Positions 19,747-27,210 of a DNA stretch of 45,203 bases are shown piece after piece; the stretch's first letter is position 1, and each line of letters begins with the position of its first letter. The position numbers and the translations under genes are program-made. The stretch is from Oligoflexales bacterium. Lineage in GTDB: Bacteria; Bdellovibrionota_B; Oligoflexia; Oligoflexales; CAIYRB01. Under the pieces are notes generated by a model that was given only the letters and a program-made list of their open reading frames with translations, was not told the origin of the DNA and ran no database searches. The stretch covers positions 1-45,203 of the forward strand of contig JBGSUI010000203.1 of NCBI GenBank assembly GCA_041736175.1, read 5' to 3'.

Positions 19747-19796
19747 GCCCCGCACTTTATTTAAATTCACCCTAGAAAACTAGAGGAGATGGTTCC

Positions 19797-21125
19797 ATGG
19801 TTAAGACACGAGATGGTAGAGATATTTTTTTGAAAGGTTTAGGCTTTTTGGTAGCTTTCGGGACCGGTATCGGCTGCGGCGCCGATGACAAAAACTCTTC
19901 AGGGGCAAACATTATCACCAAGATCGAGACAGGAGACAAATCTGACGCCTCCCTAGGCTCCTCCAAGGGCTTTAACGCCGACAATGCAGAATCTCTCGCC
20001 GCCTTTGAGACAACTCTTTATCCCATCTTAAAATCCCGGTGTGGTCTTTGCCACGGCGACGCCACATCTCCCCGTCATGCGGATCCTTCCCCCTACAACG
20101 CCCATAAGATCGCCGTCGAGGCCCATTTGATTTCACCGTCTGCGCCATCTTCGTCTAGGTTAGTGACACGTCTTTCGGTCAACAACCATAATTGTTGGAA
20201 CGAATGTCCCAAAGACGCCCAGGTGATTCTCGAAGCCATCCAGGAATGGGTTAAAAAAGCCAACCTCACGGTTTCCACAGATCACCTTAAGCTCACCCCG
20301 GAGGTCTCAGTCAAAGACGCAGCAGCAAGACCACTCTTTGGGGGTCTCGACGGCAACTGGGTCCGGGAGGCCGAAAACCACGAGGGGATCGGCAAAAGAA
20401 GGTTTGAAGTGGTCGAGGACCAGACTGCATCTCAGCGTTTGATCTTGAAACAAAATCCCCTCGCCAACGGCCAGACTCCGGAAAACACTACCGCTGAGGA
20501 CGAACCCTCCTACTCCTTTACCATCCCACCCGGAGAGTCTTTATCCCTTTGGCTTAAGGTCAAAGACCTGCAACGAGGCCGCCGTATCAGCTACCGGATC
20601 AACGGTGCCGCCCAGGTGGATTTTTCGGCTCCAGGAAATATCACGGCATGGACTTGGGTGCAGGTGTTTGACCTAAAGCCCCTCAAACCCCTAGCGGGAT
20701 CCAAAAACATCGTGATCACTCTCCGGGACGTGGAGGTCGGAGTCGACTTGATCGCGCTCACTAACAAACCAACTTTTGATCGCTCGGTCTCCGAAAATAC
20801 CGGTGTCCGGCCGGTCCTCACTTTTAACCTACAATCCATCGCCAACAGCGACGCAAAGATCTATTTTAATTTCGAGACCAGTGCCGACGGAAAGACCTAC
20901 CGACTGACGCGACCGGTGGTCGATATCCTCGACAACAAAACTATATTTATGAAGGGGATCTACCTGATCCTAAACAAGCAGTTTAATCCACAATACAGCA
21001 CCTTTGCCCTGGTCCAAGGCGAATTCAAAGGCCAAGCAACGATCAGTGATAAAACAGGAATCGTGCTGCGCAAAGATGACCTCGACCAGTTTTCCCTAGG
21101 ATTTGAGGAGATCAAAAGCCAGTAG
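19797..21125 (+). CDS. Lipoprotein mono-heme cytochrome c with C-terminal beta-sandwich domain(s)
   Basis: Lipobox GIG-C; 'AFETTLYPILKSRCGLCH' and 'HNCWNEC'; beta-rich, carbohydrate-binding-module-like C-terminal part. Confidence 0.65.
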   Translation: MVKTRDGRDIFLKGLGFLVAFGTGIGCGADDKNSSGANIITKIETGDKSDASLGSSKGFNADNAESLAAFETTLYPILKSRCGLCHGDATSPRHADPSPYNAHKIAVEAHLISPSAPSSSRLVTRLSVNNHNCWNECPKDAQVILEAIQEWVKKANLTVSTDHLKLTPEVSVKDAAARPLFGGLDGNWVREAENHEGIGKRRFEVVEDQTASQRLILKQNPLANGQTPENTTAEDEPSYSFTIPPGESLSLWLKVKDLQRGRRISYRINGAAQVDFSAPGNITAWTWVQVFDLKPLKPLAGSKNIVITLRDVEVGVDLIALTNKPTFDRSVSENTGVRPVLTFNLQSIANSDAKIYFNFETSADGKTYRLTRPVVDILDNKTIFMKGIYLILNKQFNPQYSTFALVQGEFKGQATISDKTGIVLRKDDLDQFSLGFEEIKSQ

Positions 21126-21129
21126 ATCG

Positions 21130-22221
21130 TTAGAGACTATGGAGCAGGGTTTTATCGACTTGAAAAGGTTTACCAAGCTTGACGGCATGGGCATACTCCG
21201 CTTGGTTTCTGGCCACATATCCCGCTACCACCAGGGCTTCCCCGTACTCGTCGTCGACCGCGCGAGGCACGAGAGCCGAAGACTCAAGCTGGAGGCGAGT
21301 CTCTTCGGTGTCTGACTCCATTGGTTTTTTGGAGTAAAGATGGTCCAGGTCCAGGGCACGACCACGGGACCCTCCATGGCCGATATTTAAGAGCCCACGC
21401 ACCCGGATAGCGCCGCTGTTATTGGGTTGTTCTGAGACCACTCCGCTAAAATCAAAGAGGCGCCTCCCTCGGATAATCACGTCTTTCCTCCCAAGGAGGA
21501 TATTTTCTAAAGCTTGGATACTCGGGTCAAAGTGTTTTCTGATGACGAGCTGGGATTTCACGGCTCTCGATAGGTCTCGGTTGACTTGGTTACGATATTG
21601 GCTTTCAAACAGAGTCTCACAATAGCTCTCAAGCCTCTGCAAATCATCTCCAGGTTGGACATCAAAGGATTTTGAAATGACCTCCATACCCATGATTTTC
21701 CCACTCCCCCCTGATCCTTGGATCCCGGTCCCAGCTAAGCTGATGTCTGCATGCCCATCGTATTTAAGGCTGATACTCCCATCATAAAAGCATTCGGCCT
21801 GAAACTCTTCTCCCAGGCGGACGTCTAAAACAGCCCCGTCATTTAAAAAAATTCCCGAATCTTCTTGCTCCGGAATTTTTGATAGAAGCACCCCTCCCGA
21901 GCTTTGATTGTGAAATTCAGTCCCCACCTTTACCGAGGTCCCAAACCCTAACCAACCGAGCTTAATTCCAAGGCTTATCTCAACGGTTAAGTAGTCTCTT
22001 TTAAAGCTTCTAAACCGAAGTCTACCTGGAGTAAAATCGCCAATGTGAGGGTCGTCCAACATAAGCATTCCGTAGCGTGGAGCGACGGCTTGGTCCGTGG
22101 GTGTTGCCTTTTTTAAGCCTTGACCACATCCTACGGTCCATAGGCAGACCACTAATGACAGTCCGATTGTCCCTTGATCAAATCTTTTTAAACCCACAAT
22201 CGACTCCTGCTCGTGGATCAA
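21130..22221 (-). CDS. Hypothetical lipoprotein
   Basis: 363 aa ORF with a hydrophobic N-terminal segment ending TVG-C; no recognised domain; start uncertain. Confidence 0.55.
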   Translation of the reverse strand: MIHEQESIVGLKRFDQGTIGLSLVVCLWTVGCGQGLKKATPTDQAVAPRYGMLMLDDPHIGDFTPGRLRFRSFKRDYLTVEISLGIKLGWLGFGTSVKVGTEFHNQSSGGVLLSKIPEQEDSGIFLNDGAVLDVRLGEEFQAECFYDGSISLKYDGHADISLAGTGIQGSGGSGKIMGMEVISKSFDVQPGDDLQRLESYCETLFESQYRNQVNRDLSRAVKSQLVIRKHFDPSIQALENILLGRKDVIIRGRRLFDFSGVVSEQPNNSGAIRVRGLLNIGHGGSRGRALDLDHLYSKKPMESDTEETRLQLESSALVPRAVDDEYGEALVVAGYVARNQAEYAHAVKLGKPFQVDKTLLHSL

Positions 22222-22280
22222 GTATAAAACGCCGCGCGGGATTCCCGCACCGTGTGTCTCCTAGAATGGAGGGCAGTATA

Positions 22281-22700
22281 GTGAAACAAAGGTGGGCGAC
22301 GTATAAATTATCGGTTAATTTTCTAAAACCCCCCTTAAGGCTCCTATTTATGGTGCCGGTCATGCTTACCTGCGGGGGAAATCTTTTAGCAGCTCCAGCG
22401 TTTACGTCAGACTGTGGCGAGATTTCCACGGGGACTCCAGAAGACCTTGAGATCCTCCAGCGGGGTGGGGTCTGTATGGCCAACTTCAATCCCGTTGCGG
22501 ATCGTCCCATCTACCGACGGACTTACGAGGGCAAAACCCTCCGGTTTTATATCAATCCCGAGCGTCTCCTTTTGATCGCCCCTCCCGGTGAGCTGCACCA
22601 ACGCTTTCCCGAGGATCTCCTCAAGATCTGGTTTGATGACGCCCAGCACTGGCTCAAGTGGCTGGAAGGAATCGATGATTCCTGGTGCTGCCGCGGCTGA
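22281..22700 (+). CDS. Hypothetical, possibly secreted protein
   Basis: Part of ORF 22077..22700; GGAGG RBS before the GTG at 22281; signal-like segment; ends WCCRG. Confidence 0.4.
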   Translation: MKQRWATYKLSVNFLKPPLRLLFMVPVMLTCGGNLLAAPAFTSDCGEISTGTPEDLEILQRGGVCMANFNPVADRPIYRRTYEGKTLRFYINPERLLLIAPPGELHQRFPEDLLKIWFDDAQHWLKWLEGIDDSWCCRG

Positions 22701-22795
22701 AGAGGAGGGCGTCCTCCTGGTGGATAGGTCTTTGCATATTTCTTCTTAAGACTATGTCTTTTGCATGAGCAAAAGCGACTCTTAAGGAGACGGAA

Positions 22796-24673
22796 ATGCA
22801 TCGCTTATTAATTGCTATCTTTCTATTTTGGCTTACTTATTTTCAGATCGGGCGGGGGATTTTCATAGGGGCTAATTTTCACCTGTTACAGCCCTCGGAC
22901 AATCTTATGCGAGATATTATCGAGAGTTTTATCAAGGCTCTCTCTCTTGACCGGGCGATGGCTGCTTATCTTGTGGTTATTTCGTGGTTTTTTGTGCTGA
23001 TCCTAGGCCAAACAAAACAAGGCTGGCTTAGCCGCGCAATGATGCTGTCTACCGGATTTTTTACAATTGTCTATAGTTTAGTCGCTGTGGGCGACGCCTT
23101 TCTCTACTCCGAGTGGAAGTCTAAGCTTAACGCGCGAGCCTTGAGCGCTTTTGCCCATCCTTCCGAAATCCTTCGGGTCACCACCTGGTGGCAACTCCTT
23201 TTAGAGTGTTGCCTAGTTTTTGTTTATAGCTATGTCGGAATCAAAGGCTTTCAATGGATCATCGACCGCATGGCTCGCAAAACCCTCAGTCCTGGTTGGA
23301 ACCTTGTGGTCCTAGTCCTGGTCTGGCCGATTGCCTTAGGGGTGATCGCTAGGGGTGGAACCAAGGCCATCGCCATCGATGTCAGCCGGGTTTATTTTTC
23401 GCCAGACCAAACCCTAAACGACGCCGCCACCAACCCGGCCAACTATTTGATCCGTAATCTGATGCAGACGGGTATGTATGTCTTTGGACAAAACCCGTTT
23501 CAGTCGATGAATCCTACGGTGGCCAAGGAAAAAACAGAAAACCTTCACAAACTAAAAACCACCGAACTTCGTCAACCAACGCCCCCTCTCACCACAGTTA
23601 CTAAACCAAATTTAATTTTTGTAGTCCTTGAAAGCTGGTCTGCTGATCTGATCGAGTCTCTAGGGGGTCGCCCTGGGATCACCCCGAGGTTTAGGGAACT
23701 TGAAAAAGAAGGACTTTCCTTTAACCAATTTTATACCAACGGCAACCGCTCCCAGCAGGGGATCGCCTCTATTTTTGGAGGATTTCCTGCACTTCCCCGG
23801 GGGACAATCACTGAGGATCCCTCCAAAACAAAATCTTTACCCAAACTCGCTAAGATATTTGAGCACGAGGGGTACGAAACCTCCTTTTATTATGGAGGCC
23901 AGTTAGAGTACGGCAATATCAAGTCTTTTCTAATTCACAGTGGGTTCCAAACCATCATCGAAGATGACCATCTGCCTCGGCAATTTAAGCGCAGCAATTT
24001 AGGTGTCAACGATAGCACGATGATGAGCTACTTTTTGGACCAGCTCCAACTTAAAAAGCAGCCGTTTTTTTCCGGTCTTTTTACCCTGAGTTCCCACGCT
24101 CCCTATGATATCCCGGAGACCGAGGCCAAAGATTTTGGATTCGAGGGTCTAGAGGGTCCCTATGTGAGATCCGTGATGTATACGGACAAGGCTCTTGGGG
24201 AATTTATGGACCAGATGAAAGAGCGTCCCTGGTACCAAGACAGCCTTGTGGTGATCGTCTCAGATCATAGTCACAATACTTTTTTCAACCGCCCCACCTA
24301 CGACCCCCTGTACCGCAAGATCCCGTTTCTGATCACTGGTGGGGCGCTGAATCAAGCCTACCGGGGCAAGACTTTAGGGACGATCGGATCACAGATCGAT
24401 ATCCCTGCCACGCTGCTTAATCAGCTTGGTATGGGTGGGGATGCCGCGCGTTTTGTATGGAGCAAGGATCTCTTTGATTCAAGGCGTAAACCTTTTGCCT
24501 ACTATGAATTTGGCGGTGGGTTTGGGTGGGTCACCGATAAAGGTACCTTGGTCTATGACTACGACGAAAAACAAGTCAAAATATCCTCGATGCCCCCTGA
24601 AGACGTTCCTCAAACACAATCGGAAGGGATGGCCTATCTGCAGACGCTGTTCCAAACTTTTATTGATTTATAA
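22796..24673 (+). CDS. LTA synthase/sulfatase-family membrane phosphotransferase
   Basis: Five N-terminal TM helices, then 'PNLIFVVLES', 'NGNRSQQG', 'TLSSHAPY' and 'IVSDH' alkaline-phosphatase-superfamily motifs. Confidence 0.88.
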   Translation: MHRLLIAIFLFWLTYFQIGRGIFIGANFHLLQPSDNLMRDIIESFIKALSLDRAMAAYLVVISWFFVLILGQTKQGWLSRAMMLSTGFFTIVYSLVAVGDAFLYSEWKSKLNARALSAFAHPSEILRVTTWWQLLLECCLVFVYSYVGIKGFQWIIDRMARKTLSPGWNLVVLVLVWPIALGVIARGGTKAIAIDVSRVYFSPDQTLNDAATNPANYLIRNLMQTGMYVFGQNPFQSMNPTVAKEKTENLHKLKTTELRQPTPPLTTVTKPNLIFVVLESWSADLIESLGGRPGITPRFRELEKEGLSFNQFYTNGNRSQQGIASIFGGFPALPRGTITEDPSKTKSLPKLAKIFEHEGYETSFYYGGQLEYGNIKSFLIHSGFQTIIEDDHLPRQFKRSNLGVNDSTMMSYFLDQLQLKKQPFFSGLFTLSSHAPYDIPETEAKDFGFEGLEGPYVRSVMYTDKALGEFMDQMKERPWYQDSLVVIVSDHSHNTFFNRPTYDPLYRKIPFLITGGALNQAYRGKTLGTIGSQIDIPATLLNQLGMGGDAARFVWSKDLFDSRRKPFAYYEFGGGFGWVTDKGTLVYDYDEKQVKISSMPPEDVPQTQSEGMAYLQTLFQTFIDL

Positions 24674-24781
24674 AATGATTGGCCTTCGGAGCACATTCAA
24701 TAAGATTGCTAAAGGGGACTCATGACAGCAGAGTCCGTAGGCCAAAAAAATCTTCAATCGTCTCCCATAAATCCAAATCCT

Positions 24782-25003
24782 TTATTCGTCAGACTTTTGG
24801 CCAACATCCAGCTCTTTGAGGTGCTGTTTGATTTCATCCACGGCAAGAGCTTGTTTTACTGCTGGAGGAAGATCAAAAGATGCAACGCCGATTGGTCTTG
24901 TTATGCCGCCCAACGCATCCTTAACTTGCGCTTGAGCGATTTTCTCCTTAAGTCCTTTAAGAAACTCATTATATCCATCTAAATCGCTTATTTTATTGAC
25001 CAT
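24782..25003 (-). pseudogene. Internally deleted YhcG/DUF1016 (PD-(D/E)XK nuclease) remnant
   Basis: N-terminal 'YNEFLKGLKEKIAQAQVK' joined directly to the family's C-terminal 'ALGGITRPIGVASFDLP'. Confidence 0.65.
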
Positions 25004-25018
25004 TTTTTGTCCCTCTAT

Positions 25019-25040
25019 TTGTGCAACAGCCGTTGCACAA
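25019..25040. repeat. Perfect inverted repeat
   Basis: TTGTGCAAC-agcc-GTTGCACAA, between the RES toxin stop and the DUF1016 remnant start. Confidence 0.6.
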
Positions 25041-25074
25041 TTGCCGTTTCAGCCCTATTAATTACTTTCTGGTA

Positions 25075-25782
25075 TCATAGATCTATTCTCGTTATGCGAT
25101 TGGCCTCTGGCATTCGCTCTTTGGCATAAACTAACTGAAAGAAGTATTGGAATTTTTCGCCTCTAATGCACGCTGCATTAAAGGCTGCGATGCAGTTGCC
25201 CTCTGGTCGTCGCACCGATTTTGTTACCAAAAAATCTAGGTGTTCCTTTTTAGCTACCTTTCCTACTGAATGGCAAAATTCGTAGGTATCCGACATCAAC
25301 TCAGGGTAGCGTTCTATCATTGGTCGAAGGTCAGTGCATCGTTTGCCAGCCAAAGAGCAAACGTACATCTTACGGTCAACGATCACAGGTAATTTCGAGA
25401 GGTTCATATTGGTCTCGAAACGTCGAAGGTGCATGGACATGATTTCAGCGATGGATGTTGTTTCCTCTAAAGCTCCATAAAAAACGCCGAATTCACCTGG
25501 AGTGAAGCGGCTTACGGCAAAGTATTGCGGGTCGAAACAGGCGATGGTTTCGCCTACGTTTCCGTACTGAAAAACACGCCCGCTACCCGGCAGGGCATGT
25601 TCAATTTGAGACGTTGCATGATCTAGTGAAAACAGATCGTGCTCTTTTCCTGGTGAAACTAAGTCGTCGAATATATTCTGCGATTGTTGAATCGTATAGA
25701 TGTTGCGCCAAACCGGATCAAGAGCCATGGAATTTAGATTTTCAAATGAAAACTCCACCTCTGGACTAGGATTTTCAGCCAT
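25075..25782 (-). CDS. RES-domain toxin (NAD+ phosphorylase/ART-like)
   Basis: R-E-S residues in 'SRFTPGEFGVFYGALEETTSIAE' and 'KSVRRPEGNCIAAF'. Confidence 0.85.
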   Translation of the reverse strand: MAENPSPEVEFSFENLNSMALDPVWRNIYTIQQSQNIFDDLVSPGKEHDLFSLDHATSQIEHALPGSGRVFQYGNVGETIACFDPQYFAVSRFTPGEFGVFYGALEETTSIAEIMSMHLRRFETNMNLSKLPVIVDRKMYVCSLAGKRCTDLRPMIERYPELMSDTYEFCHSVGKVAKKEHLDFLVTKSVRRPEGNCIAAFNAACIRGEKFQYFFQLVYAKERMPEANRITRIDL

Positions 25783-25785
25783 TGC

Positions 25786-26223
25786 TTAGGCTCCGCAACG
25801 GATTTGATCAAGAGTGCGCCGGAGTTTAAAGAGGCGCGGTAGCGAGTTCACCGGATCCTGTCTAATATATTCTATGGGTGAAATTCCTCCTAGAATATTG
25901 GAAGGTGTCTTCATCCAGGAATACACGACATCACGGTTATGGGGAAAAAGTATCCTTAGATTTTTATGAATACCGATCAAATGCCCGACCCGTTGCACCT
26001 TATCGGGATCTTCCGGAATCGCCGAACGCGACTGCAGCTCGGCCAGCCGACGTCGGTTATCATTGATCCCAAGAAGGAGCGCTGTCTCGCTTCTGGTTAA
26101 CGCATAGTGTTTAACCATGTTCCAAAAAGCTTCGCCCAATGCAGCCATGGTAGACTCGTTTAATTCAAAAGGGCCATTCTCGGGCTTGTCGCCTTTCGCT
26201 GGTAATGGGGTGGCACTCCACAT
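25786..26223 (-). CDS. Xre/MbcA/ParS (DUF2384) antitoxin
   Basis: 'RVGHLIGIHKNLRILFP...WMKTPSNILGGISPIEYI'; 3 nt upstream of the RES gene. Confidence 0.85.
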   Translation of the reverse strand: MWSATPLPAKGDKPENGPFELNESTMAALGEAFWNMVKHYALTRSETALLLGINDNRRRLAELQSRSAIPEDPDKVQRVGHLIGIHKNLRILFPHNRDVVYSWMKTPSNILGGISPIEYIRQDPVNSLPRLFKLRRTLDQIRCGA

Positions 26224-26241
26224 GACGAACTCCTTTCTTAA

Positions 26242-26263
26242 ATGAGTCCCTTCTCTGACTCAT
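26242..26263. promoter_or_regulatory. Inverted repeat, probable Xre operator
   Basis: ATGAGTC-N8-GACTCAT between the promoter motif and the antitoxin RBS. Confidence 0.4.
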
Positions 26264-26270
26264 ACATCTT

Positions 26271-26298
26271 GTATCGGCACAATTCAAACAAATGTTTA
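26271..26298 (-). promoter_or_regulatory. Sigma28-type promoter motif
   Basis: Minus strand reads TAAA-N16-GCCGATAC, upstream of the RES-Xre operon. Confidence 0.55.
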
Positions 26299-26490
26299 AT
26301 AGATATTTAAAAATACAATAATATCAATGATATGAATATGTGTTAATTGACACGCGATAAATAAATATCGTGTGATGCCAACGATCTGCAATCAGATGGG
26401 GGTGTCTTGGTCAAGGCAGAAGTGGACTTTTTACCTCAGTTAAGTTCAGAGACTTTGCCTGATCTTTCTCTAATGCCCAGACGCCCCAAG

Positions 26491-26920
26491 GTAACCACTA
26501 TTCCTGCATCTGTGGCGACCTGATGCCCGGATAAGGCATTCTCTCCTACGTAACCAAGTAAGGTGGAATTATGCGACTTCCCACTGATACCAACTCTCTA
26601 GAGGACATTAGAAAAACGATTAAGGACCGCTTTGCTGATTTCAATCAGCATAGTGTTGCTTCAACTGGTCGTCGATATCCGGCTGAACTGCAAGAATTGA
26701 CCTCCCGGGGATTTCTTGCTGGCCTCAAGGCTAAGGAGCTGACGAGTCTTTCGGGGATGTCATTGAGTGCTGTCACCTATGCAGCTCGGAAACTTAAATC
26801 AATTAGGACAAAACGCCCTTCCAAGCATGTGTCCAAGGTCCTCGCCCCCAGATGTCTGGAGTTAGTCTCCGAAAGCATGGAGCATGTCTCAATTGCACTA
26901 TCACTAAATTCGGTGCCGCG
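26491..26920 (+). mobile_element. Possible IS66-like left end and TnpA-like ORF remnant
   Basis: GTAACC 80 nt upstream of ORF 26571; 'GRRYPAELQEL...AKELTSLSGMS' is transposase-HTH-like; no tnpB/tnpC follows. Confidence 0.3.
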
Positions 26921-27104
26921 ATCTCCCAGGAAGAACAACGATCTGCTGGATCATGCGAAAAAATCCAATAAAGTTGGATTTGCCTGCTCCATTACATCCT
27001 ATTAATAGGTTGACGCTTTTGAGTTCGAGGTTACATTCCTTGATTGATTTAAAACCTTTAATAATGATTTTTGAGAGTTGAAACGGTTTTAGGGATTTAC
27101 TCAT
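26904..27104 (-). pseudogene. N-terminal fragment of an AAA_15/AAA_21-type ATPase
   Basis: 'IIIKGFKSIKECNLELKSVNLLIGCNGAGKSNFIGFF' contains Walker A; the ORF stops about 20 codons later; strong AGGAG RBS. Confidence 0.75.
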
Positions 27105-27210
27105 GCCCCGACTCCTTTCTTGCTTTGATTTTTTCTGTTAGCTTGAGATGCCGATTCTTTTCCCTAACACCTAACTTCCTTACTATGGTGGTCATCTTAC
27201 CTCATTTTTC

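Noticed and set aside
24722..24982. Plus-strand 86-aa ORF
   Set aside because: Overlaps the better-supported minus-strand DUF1016 remnant.
26523..26540. REP-like ATGCCCGGATAAGGCAT
   Set aside because: Only one copy seen; similarity to enterobacterial REP is probably chance.
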